The notes beneath the pieces are model-generated. The model did no database searches. It was not told where the DNA came from and worked only from the letters and a program-made list of their open reading frames with translations. A stretch of 27,331 nt of DNA from a virus (Duplodnaviria; Caudoviricetes): the IMG/VR virus record IMGVR_UViG_3300011441_000031, positions 1 to 27,331 of that record. One strand, 5' to 3'. Both the position numbers and the translations under genes were made by a program. Shown one piece after another: positions 16,039 through 23,625 of this stretch. Numbering within the stretch: position 1 is the first letter of the stretch; the number at the start of each line of letters is the position of its first letter.

Positions 16039-16785
16039 TTCACCCGCGACGAAGCGGAATCCGACGGCGAGGACATGGTCCGCTACGTGCGAGACCTGCT
16101 GGCCCGCGTAGACATCCACCCCGGCGGCGAAGAGCTTCACCACTGGTGGACCAAGACACCCGAAGGACTCGCCGAATGGGCTGTTGGCCACGCACACCCG
16201 TGGACCACGTTGTACGAAAAACTGCTAGCCCACATGAACGGCAACGAGCTGCTGGCTAAGAAAACCGCGAGCGCTTGGTACATCGAGGTCTTTCATCACA
16301 CCCCGAACCAAAAGCACGGCCGGGCCGGTTTCAAGAAGGACCAGCTACGAGATCCGCTCACCGGCGAGTGGATTGATGCGCCGCATGGGACCATGAACGA
16401 CGTGGCCAAGTGGCTTGAGGGCCTTACGGCCGATGACGTCGAGCGAGCCGTCTCGGCCCGACACCCCGCCGTTCAGCTATCCGTCGCACGCACGGGCGGT
16501 GGGGATCTAAGACTCAGTCTGATCCGTACCTCGCCGGACAGGCGGGGCGAGGGCAAGGCAAAAGCGGCGATGGCGGACCTACTCGACGCCGCTGACCATC
16601 TAGGCGTGAGGATGACCTTGACGGCCGAGCCACTAGCGGGCGACGAAACGACCAGCAAGTCTCGCCTCGTTGGTTGGTACAAGTCGCTCGGGTTTGTCGA
16701 AAACAAGGGTCGTCATAAGGACTACGGACTCAGCGACGCCATGTATCGCGAGCCTCGGCCAAGGACCGCGAACCCGACGACCTAA
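15892..16785 (+). CDS. Leader + Trp/His-rich small domain + motif + GNAT acetyltransferase
   Basis: GGAGG RBS before the GTG; acetyl-CoA motif A RRGEGKA; MTLTAEP; motif B RLVGWYKSLGF. Confidence 0.85.
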   Translation: MTTTVLYSPNDGVGGWASALAQTLNDEVQDASVRALLDGIDVVLGLADGFTRDEAESDGEDMVRYVRDLLARVDIHPGGEELHHWWTKTPEGLAEWAVGHAHPWTTLYEKLLAHMNGNELLAKKTASAWYIEVFHHTPNQKHGRAGFKKDQLRDPLTGEWIDAPHGTMNDVAKWLEGLTADDVERAVSARHPAVQLSVARTGGGDLRLSLIRTSPDRRGEGKAKAAMADLLDAADHLGVRMTLTAEPLAGDETTSKSRLVGWYKSLGFVENKGRHKDYGLSDAMYREPRPRTANPTT

Positions 16786-16854
16786 CGTCACGGGGAAGAT
16801 TGCGGGCGTCCCCGAAGGAACGCCCGCCCATACCTGACCCCACCGTAAACCGTC

Positions 16855-16883
16855 AACCCCGTCGTCTTGCTCGACGGGGTTTT
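16855..16883 (+). terminator. Putative intrinsic terminator after the accessory block
   Basis: AACCCCGTCG-7 nt-CGACGGGGTT followed by a short T run; a second hairpin lies at 16802-16827. Confidence 0.55.
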
Positions 16884-16886
16884 ATC

Positions 16887-17612
16887 ATGCCCGGAGTTGT
16901 CTCGGCCGTGACGCAGGTTGCCGAAGTTCAGATGTGCAAGACGTGCAATGAGCTCAAACCGGTCGGGCGCTTTAGTGTCAAGGGTGGCCGGTGGGTGCAC
17001 CGGACCTGCAAGGACTGCTGTAATCGCCAAGCGTCCGAGCGTCGTAGATCGTCCGAAGGAAGGAAAGAGCGCCTACTCGAACTCCGGCGTTACCGCGAGA
17101 CCGATAGAGGCCGAGAAGTACACGAGGCCGCTAGGCGCAAGTACGCCGCGAAACGGTTGGCCGAGGGACCGAGCATTACGCGTGACAGTCGGGTCTGTAG
17201 TCGTTGCCGATGTCACTTGCCAATCGAGCTGTTTACGGCGAACCGGTCCTCAGCCGATGGTCATGACAGTTATTGCAAGCACTGCCGGCTAGAGGTCAAC
17301 CGGGAGTACCGGGCTAGGCATCCGGAGCGCATCCGTGAGCGGGTCCGGGCCAAGATGCTGAAGGCGAACTACGGCCTGACGCCGGCCGCGTACGACGTGA
17401 TGCTCGCAGACCAAGGCGGCCAATGTGCCGTTTGTGGCGCAACGGACCCACGCACCCAGGCGGGCGTGTTCTGCGTCGACCACTGCCACACGACGGGAGT
17501 TGTACGGGGCCTGCTGTGCAGTGCCTGCAACAGCGGCCTTGGCCACTTCAGTGATGACCCAGATGTCCTTCGTGCGGCAGCCAGTTACATCGAAGCCGCC
17601 CGCAGTCGCTGA
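16887..17612 (+). CDS. Endonuclease VII-family His-Me nuclease with N-terminal zinc ribbons (probable homing endonuclease)
   Basis: YGLT...MLADQGGQCAVC...VDHCHTTGVVRGLLCSACNSGLGHFSDD. Start uncertain. Confidence 0.9.
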   Translation: MPGVVSAVTQVAEVQMCKTCNELKPVGRFSVKGGRWVHRTCKDCCNRQASERRRSSEGRKERLLELRRYRETDRGREVHEAARRKYAAKRLAEGPSITRDSRVCSRCRCHLPIELFTANRSSADGHDSYCKHCRLEVNREYRARHPERIRERVRAKMLKANYGLTPAAYDVMLADQGGQCAVCGATDPRTQAGVFCVDHCHTTGVVRGLLCSACNSGLGHFSDDPDVLRAAASYIEAARSR

Positions 17613-17675
17613 CACAGTCGGCGCCGTCATCCCCGTACGCATTTTGCACCCACCCACCGAGGAGGGGGTTCCCGC

Positions 17676-18887
17676 ATGCAACCGACAGCAAATCCAGTAC
17701 CGCAGTTCACCAGGGCATTCGTGGAGGCGGGAGGAAATCGTCTCGCCGACCTACCGGCCGGCGCAGCCATATCGTTCGTGGCGTCGACTTCTGGACTTAA
17801 GCGTGACGGTCTAAGTCTGCGCGCGAGTGGTTGGCGGGTGGACAACTTCCACCGGGCCGGCGGGCCGGTGTTGTGGTGCCATGATCATCAACGTCCGCCG
17901 ATCGGCAAAGCTGCCGCGACGACCGGCACGCACCTTAGAGCGAGCGTGTCCTTCGACCAAGAAGACGAGTTCGCCCGCGCCGTTGAATCCAAGATCAAAA
18001 GGGGCTATTTGGGTGCCTGCTCTGTGGGGTGGGACTTCGTCGATTCATCCGGTAGTCGGCTCGACCACAACCGGCACTCCCCTTCGTGGCTGGCCGAAAA
18101 CAGTCTCTATGACCTGACGGAAGTCTCGATAGTCCCCATCGGCGCCGATCCATTGGCCATGGCCGAACGCCAACGCCGCGCGCTCGGCACGCTCGGCCGG
18201 GAACTGGTCCAGCTCTACGACGACCAGGAACGGGCCGACTCCGACGTCACCGCAGATGAACTGTTTCCCGCCGTCGTCGAGTGGTGCCGCCGCCACGGCG
18301 TGGACCTGGGCGAGTACGCCGACCTGTCCAACGTGCGGCAGTGGGGCGACGGCGAAGACGGCGAGGGAACCGAGGCCGAGCCGGCACGCAACACCCGCGG
18401 CGCCATCCCATCCCACAAGAACACATCCACTGACATGGACGGTGCGTGGGACGCCGACGCCGAACTAGCCAAGGCCGACGGTGCTGCGCAACTCATGCGC
18501 ATGCATGCCTGGCGCGACTACGACGGCGAGCCGGACGCCAAGTCGACCTACAAATTGCCGCACCACCACGCCGACGGAACCCTGTCGTGGCGCGGTGTCG
18601 CCGCAGCCATGGGCCGGCTCAGCCAGACCGACATCAGCGACGAAGACAAGGCCGGCGTGTACCGCCACCTGACGGCGCATTACCGCCAACTCGGCAAGGA
18701 CGAACCCGACCTGCGCGCCACCCTGTCCGGCTACATCCGCGCCGCCGACCTGGAACTCACCCGTTCGGCTACCGAACCCACCAACGACCCGGCATCGGCC
18801 GGGGAAAACGTCCCACCCGCATCCGCGGGCGTGGATCACCAAGCTGCGCGGTTAGTCCTCGCGGCGTTCGCTCTAAAGGAGAAATAG
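17676..18887 (+). CDS. Prohead (capsid maturation) protease, HK97/S78 type, with C-terminal accessory domain
   Basis: FVAST, PVLWCHD (His), PPIGK, GACSVGW (Ser), LTEVSIVPIGADP (Glu); directly upstream of the capsid gene. Confidence 0.92.
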   Translation: MQPTANPVPQFTRAFVEAGGNRLADLPAGAAISFVASTSGLKRDGLSLRASGWRVDNFHRAGGPVLWCHDHQRPPIGKAAATTGTHLRASVSFDQEDEFARAVESKIKRGYLGACSVGWDFVDSSGSRLDHNRHSPSWLAENSLYDLTEVSIVPIGADPLAMAERQRRALGTLGRELVQLYDDQERADSDVTADELFPAVVEWCRRHGVDLGEYADLSNVRQWGDGEDGEGTEAEPARNTRGAIPSHKNTSTDMDGAWDADAELAKADGAAQLMRMHAWRDYDGEPDAKSTYKLPHHHADGTLSWRGVAAAMGRLSQTDISDEDKAGVYRHLTAHYRQLGKDEPDLRATLSGYIRAADLELTRSATEPTNDPASAGENVPPASAGVDHQAARLVLAAFALKEK

Positions 18888-20375
18888 ATGAGCGACACAA
18901 CGACGCTCACCCGCGAGGACTTCGATGTTGTCGCGACCGAGATTCGGGGCAAGCTCGACGCGCTTGACACCGGCCAGCAGGAAGCGCTGTCCGACGTACG
19001 GCTCAACGAGCTGATCCGCACCAACCTGGAGACCTTCCTGGCATCCGAGGGTGCCGGCGAGATCGTCCGCAAGATGCGATTCTCTGCACCGGCAACCGAG
19101 CTGGTCGGCACCAAGTACGCCCGGCTCGGGCTCGACGTGGCCGACGTCGAGATGCTGCACGACATCCTTCAGTCCGCACAGATCGCGCGGATCTCGCGCG
19201 GTCCGTCCGAGGAACTGACCCGCACCTTCGAGGCTATTTCGGCCGGCCGGTACTGGTCGACCGCGATGGCCCGGGCCGAGGACGAACGCCATCTCACCGA
19301 GATGCGGCGCGCCGGGCGGCTCGACAATGTCGGGTACGAGCGGGCACTTCGTGCGATGGACACTGCGGAGACCGGCTACGGCCTTCAGCTGATCGGCGCC
19401 CAGTACGTCGGCGACCTGTGGGAGTCCGCACGCAAGGACTCGCGCATCTTCAGCCTGCTCGACTCGATCGAGCTGACCGAGGCCACCACCTACATCCCGG
19501 TCGAGGCGGACCTGCCCGAGATGCTGTTCGTGGGTGAGTCAACGTCGTCCACGGCGTCGGACTACACCACGAGCCCGGTCGGATCGAACCGCGTCCAGAT
19601 GACACCATCGAAGTTCATCATTCACATGATGTACTCGGGCGAAATGGAGGAGGATTCGATCATCCCCTATCTGCCTTATCTGCGTCGGCAGGCCGGGCTG
19701 TCCATGCAGCACTACTCCGATTCCGCCGTCCTCAATGGAGACACCACCAACGCCGGCACCGGCAACATCAACCTCGACGACGCCGACCCGGCCGACTCGA
19801 AGCATTACCTGGCTTTCGATGGTCTCCGTCACGCCTGGATCGTGGACAACACCAACAACAAGATCGACGCCGGCGGAGCAGTCTCGCTCGACCTGCTCCG
19901 CCGGCTCCCGGGCCTGATGGTGGACGACACCTACCTGATGGACTGGGGTCACCCAGCCATCGCCAGCGATCTGGTGTACATCTCCGACCCGCGCACCGCG
20001 GACCGGATCGCGCTCCTGGACGAACTGGTGACGGTCGATAAGTACGGTAGTAACGCAACCGTACTCACCGGCGAGGTCGCGCGCATCGGCATGAACCCGC
20101 TGATCGTCTCGATGGCCATGAGCCGCACCGAGGCCGACGGCAAGCTGTCCACCACCGGATCGAACAACGTGAAAGGCCAGGTCATGGCCTTCAACAAGCG
20201 GGGGTACAAGGCAGGCTGGCGCAGGCGAGTTGTCATGGAATCTGAACGTTTGCCCGGCCGTGACCAGACAAGGTTGATCTGGTCGCTTAGGCTCGGTTTT
20301 GCCCGATTCACCCCAACCGGTTCCGCCTCGGCGATTGAGAGTGCTGCCGGTCTATACGATATTCTGCTCCCCTGA
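18888..20375 (+). CDS. Major capsid protein, HK97 fold, with N-terminal delta domain
   Basis: AAGGAG RBS; helical first ~155 aa, then ALR/AMDTAETGYG; SGEMEEDSIIP; AVLNGD; FDGLR. Confidence 0.92.
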   Translation: MSDTTTLTREDFDVVATEIRGKLDALDTGQQEALSDVRLNELIRTNLETFLASEGAGEIVRKMRFSAPATELVGTKYARLGLDVADVEMLHDILQSAQIARISRGPSEELTRTFEAISAGRYWSTAMARAEDERHLTEMRRAGRLDNVGYERALRAMDTAETGYGLQLIGAQYVGDLWESARKDSRIFSLLDSIELTEATTYIPVEADLPEMLFVGESTSSTASDYTTSPVGSNRVQMTPSKFIIHMMYSGEMEEDSIIPYLPYLRRQAGLSMQHYSDSAVLNGDTTNAGTGNINLDDADPADSKHYLAFDGLRHAWIVDNTNNKIDAGGAVSLDLLRRLPGLMVDDTYLMDWGHPAIASDLVYISDPRTADRIALLDELVTVDKYGSNATVLTGEVARIGMNPLIVSMAMSRTEADGKLSTTGSNNVKGQVMAFNKRGYKAGWRRRVVMESERLPGRDQTRLIWSLRLGFARFTPTGSASAIESAAGLYDILLP

Positions 20376-20400
20376 CCCCGTTTTCGTCGTACGCCTTCAG

Positions 20401-20467
20401 TAGAATTGAGGCGTAGACATAGGTGGCCCCAGCGATGCTCGCGGCATCCTGGGGCCTGGCCGGGAGG
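20401..20467 (+). promoter_or_regulatory. Candidate promoter and leader hairpin of the HNH gene
   Basis: TAGAAT at 20401-20406; hairpin 20425-20456 (GGCCCCAG/CTGGGGCC plus GATGC/GCATC); GGAGG at 20463-20467. Confidence 0.45.
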
Positions 20468-20476
20468 AACCCCGAC

Positions 20477-21595
20477 GTGGAGCAGACTACCAAGACCTGT
20501 ACGAGATGCCAGACCTGCAAGCCGCTGTCCGAGTTCTATCGTCGGACCAGGAGCCACGACGGGCACGCGTCAGCGTGCAAGTCCTGTGACGAGCGCCGAC
20601 GGAGACGATACCGGGAGATTCTTCGTGAGACGGGTCCGCTGTCTCTAGCGGTGTTACGTAAGCCCGACGAACGAGGTTGTGGTGTCGCTGGATGTGAGCG
20701 GCGCCATTATGGCCATGGATGGTGCGCGCTGCACTGCTGGCGATGGAAGGAGCACGGCGACCCACTGGTCGTGCGTTCGGTAGCGGACAACAGCGGCACT
20801 TGTCTGGTAGCCGACTGTAACGTGAAGGCAACCAGCCGGGGCTGGTGTAACGTTCACTATCAACGTTGGTATGTCTACGGTGACCCAATGGCGCCGGTGC
20901 GGCAACTTTTGCTAAACGGCGGCTCCTGTTCGATCGAGGACTGCGCACTCAGCCCCCGGAGCCGCACGTCCAAGTGGTGCGAGAAGCACTACATGCGCTG
21001 GTATCGGCAAGGCGACCCGACGCGGGTTGTAGTCGACACGGCCCGCTATCAGGTCTGCCAGCATTGCGGCACTTACTCGGCGGGTCGCAAGGCTTGCTCT
21101 AGTAGGTGTGCCGCCCGGATCGTGAGAGGGACACTGCTAATCACGGCATGCCAGGTTTGCGGCGAGTCGTTTCCGACGAAGAACACACGCAATACATGTT
21201 CCCCGGCGTGTAAGCGGGAAGGCAACCGCCGCAGGGGCGTGATATACCATCAGAACGCCATGGAGACCAGCCCTGGCTACCGTGATTCCCTTCGCCGGGC
21301 GACGCTTCGACGTAGGGCGCGGATGAAGGCTGCGTTTGTCGAAGACTTCTCCCCATTTGAGATTCACGGACGAGACGGTTGGATCTGCGGGATCTGCCAC
21401 GAGCTGATTGACCCAACGGTTCTGTGGCCGAATCGTTGGAGTGCGACCATCGACCACGTCGTCCCGTTGGCGCTGGGTGGGGTACATCATCCAGACAACG
21501 CACAGTCGGCACATCTCACCTGTAATTGCAGTAAGCGAGACCGACTGGGTGTTCGTACAACCCGGCGAGTCATTCAAACCGCCATCCCGGCATAG
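20477..21595 (+). CDS. HNH endonuclease with multiple zinc-binding repeats
   Basis: GTG 9 nt after GGAGG; three C-x4-C...WC-x2-H..RW...GDP repeats; C-terminal RDGWICGIC...TIDHVVPLALGG.H..DN...AHLTCN. Confidence 0.9.
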   Translation: MEQTTKTCTRCQTCKPLSEFYRRTRSHDGHASACKSCDERRRRRYREILRETGPLSLAVLRKPDERGCGVAGCERRHYGHGWCALHCWRWKEHGDPLVVRSVADNSGTCLVADCNVKATSRGWCNVHYQRWYVYGDPMAPVRQLLLNGGSCSIEDCALSPRSRTSKWCEKHYMRWYRQGDPTRVVVDTARYQVCQHCGTYSAGRKACSSRCAARIVRGTLLITACQVCGESFPTKNTRNTCSPACKREGNRRRGVIYHQNAMETSPGYRDSLRRATLRRRARMKAAFVEDFSPFEIHGRDGWICGICHELIDPTVLWPNRWSATIDHVVPLALGGVHHPDNAQSAHLTCNCSKRDRLGVRTTRRVIQTAIPA

Positions 21596-21616
21596 TTCCA
21601 CCCCCCGCACCACCCC

Positions 21617-21645
21617 AAAAGGCCCGCCCATCCGGCGGGCCTTTT
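21617..21645 (+). terminator. Intrinsic terminator, possibly bidirectional
   Basis: AAAAGGCCCGCC-CATCC-GGCGGGCCTTTT. Confidence 0.8.
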
Positions 21646-21694
21646 CCATGTCCGTTCCGCGCCTGAGGGCGCTTGTCGCCTTGAGGAGTTCCGT

Positions 21695-22135
21695 ATGAGC
21701 CTTACCCAGCAACGCCAGATCGGCAACGCCTACCCAATGGAGCGGTTCCGGTTCACCCGCGACGGTGTGGCGGCTTCGTTGTCCAACGTCCAGCTTTCGG
21801 CGACGGGGCATGCCGAGACCACGCCCACGTACTGGGTGACGGGTTACGTGATGCCGTGGGCGGGCACGGTCGTGGGTATCGACTGCCAGTTGTCGGCGGC
21901 GGCAACCACTGGGTCGTTGACGATTGGGCCGACGATCGGCGGCACCGAGCAGGCCGACCCGACCTTGTCCATCACCGTTGCCACGGAGGGTTACGACATC
22001 GCGCCGCGCGGATTGGTGAGTGTGGCTGCGGGTGATCTGCTCGGCGCGGAGATCACCACGAGCGCCGATTGGGACGGCACGGTTTCGGACCTGTTGGTGC
22101 ACGTGTGGGTGATCTTCGAGGTCAGTGGTATCTGA
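21695..22135 (+). CDS. Beta-rich virion protein, probable capsid decoration, paralog 1
   Basis: GAGGAG RBS; Thr/Ala/Gly-rich; position after capsid; aligns with 22247-22684. Confidence 0.6.
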   Translation: MSLTQQRQIGNAYPMERFRFTRDGVAASLSNVQLSATGHAETTPTYWVTGYVMPWAGTVVGIDCQLSAAATTGSLTIGPTIGGTEQADPTLSITVATEGYDIAPRGLVSVAAGDLLGAEITTSADWDGTVSDLLVHVWVIFEVSGI

Positions 22136-22142
22136 GTTCTAC

Positions 22143-22168
22143 GCGCAGCGGGTTCCTGCTGCGTTTTT
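22143..22168 (+). terminator. Intrinsic terminator-like hairpin
   Basis: 9-bp stem 22143-22151/22156-22164 followed by a T run; two more hairpins at about 22170-22189 and 22197-22223. Confidence 0.6.
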
Positions 22169-22246
22169 CGGCCGAGCGGTGCTCGGGCCAACCCTAGAGC
22201 CACCGACGTTATGTCGGTGGCTCGTTGTATTGGAGGACATTCCATA

Positions 22247-22684
22247 ATGGCACGAGCAACGATCATTGAGCGGAACATCGCCAAGGGGCAGCTTGTCCCG
22301 TACATCTTCGGCCAGGACGCGGTGGCCGACTCGCAGACCGCCGTGGCGATGAACATCATGGAGGCCACTGCGGTTGTGCTGACGTGCACCGAGTACGTCA
22401 TCCCGTGGGACTTCGAGATTGTCGGTATCGCGATCGTCACCGGCGATGCCCGTACCGCCGGAACGTTGACGGTGGACGCCACCATCGACGGGACCGTCAC
22501 CGGATTGCAGGCAGTACTCAACGCAACCGATACTCTGCGGGACTACACCACCCAGGCGCGGGGTAGTGACGCGGCGTTGGCGGGTGCGCGGATCGGCGTC
22601 AAGCTGACCACGGCTTCGTGGACGCCGACAACTGCGGACATCGTCGTTGTGGTGTATGCGATCGTCTCGATCGAAGGTATCTGA
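22247..22684 (+). CDS. Beta-rich virion protein, probable capsid decoration, paralog 2
   Basis: GGAGG at 22232-22236; YVIPW..IVGI and GTLTVDATIDGT match paralog 1; both end in GI. Confidence 0.6.
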   Translation: MARATIIERNIAKGQLVPYIFGQDAVADSQTAVAMNIMEATAVVLTCTEYVIPWDFEIVGIAIVTGDARTAGTLTVDATIDGTVTGLQAVLNATDTLRDYTTQARGSDAALAGARIGVKLTTASWTPTTADIVVVVYAIVSIEGI

Positions 22685-22686
22685 TC

Positions 22687-22950
22687 GTGGCCCGCTACGT
22701 GGTGAAGCGCCGGTACGGTTCGCGCCGGGACGGCCAGCAGTACGGTCCGTGGATTGCGGGCACTGAGGTGGAGATGTCGGAGTCTGACGCCGACTGGGTG
22801 AACCGGGACAGCCCGGGCGTGCTGGAGCTGATCGTCGTGGTCGAGCCCGAGGTGGTCGAAGTCGAGCCACCGGAGGACGTCGAGTTGCCGAAGGCGCCGG
22901 CCAAGAACCGGATGCGTACCGGTGGCCCGACCCGGGCGGTGGACTTCTAG
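22687..22950 (+). CDS. Small hypothetical head-region protein
   Basis: GTG 2 nt after the previous stop; stop overlaps the next start. Confidence 0.65.
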   Translation: MARYVVKRRYGSRRDGQQYGPWIAGTEVEMSESDADWVNRDSPGVLELIVVVEPEVVEVEPPEDVELPKAPAKNRMRTGGPTRAVDF

Positions 22951-23186
22951 TGGCCGTCGTGCTGGAGGGTGACGTGCAGACCGTGCGTCACCCTGACGGC
23001 CGAATGGAGGTCACCCAGGCACCGCCCCGGACCCGGATTGCGTTGGCGCTGCTGCTGTGCGCCGACCCGGCGGTGGTGCGGTTGTCCGGTTCGGACACGA
23101 TCGTTTTCGCCGGCCAGGTGTCGTACCGGGTGACCGGTTGGGACGGGTTCAGCCGGGCGTTGCTGGCGGATCGGGTCGAGTCGTGA
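22950..23186 (+). CDS. Hypothetical protein
   Basis: Coupled to both neighbours; 78 aa. Confidence 0.6.
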   Translation: MAVVLEGDVQTVRHPDGRMEVTQAPPRTRIALALLLCADPAVVRLSGSDTIVFAGQVSYRVTGWDGFSRALLADRVES

Positions 23187-23566
23187 GCGCCACGTCAAGT
23201 CCACAGTCGGCGCAGCAGACCGTGTTCACGTCGGCGGCCCGGACCGCTACGGAGGCGTCGACTACGTTCGCGAATCTGGGCTTCCGCGGACTGGACCTGG
23301 TCATCGACTGCACGGCCAGCGCGGATACCCCGTCGGTGGTGTTCACGATCCAGGGCTATTCGCCGTTGGGTGACGACTACTACACCATTCTGGCCAGCGC
23401 GGCCGTGACCGGCGCAGCGACAACGGTACTGCGGGTGTATCCGGGCTTGACCATAGCGGCGAACCTGGTGGCCAACTTCGTCCTACCGGCGCTCTGGCGA
23501 GTCAACGCCACGCACGCAGACGGTGACAGCATTACGTATTCAGTCAACGCCTTGCTTCATCCGTAA
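23183..23566 (+). CDS. Beta-rich virion structural protein
   Basis: GTGA overlap; Thr/Ala-rich, FRGLDLVIDCT...FTIQG...LRVYPGL. Confidence 0.6.
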   Translation: MSATSSPQSAQQTVFTSAARTATEASTTFANLGFRGLDLVIDCTASADTPSVVFTIQGYSPLGDDYYTILASAAVTGAATTVLRVYPGLTIAANLVANFVLPALWRVNATHADGDSITYSVNALLHP

Positions 23567-23625
23567 CCGCTAGCCGCACCGTTCCTTAGCCGCTGACCGC
23601 GGCCACCTTCGCACGTGCACGGGGG

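Noticed and set aside
16787-16850. Known riboswitch or ribozyme (ZTP, c-di-GMP, pistol)
   Set aside because: Hairpins are present but I could not match the conserved core nucleotides of these families.
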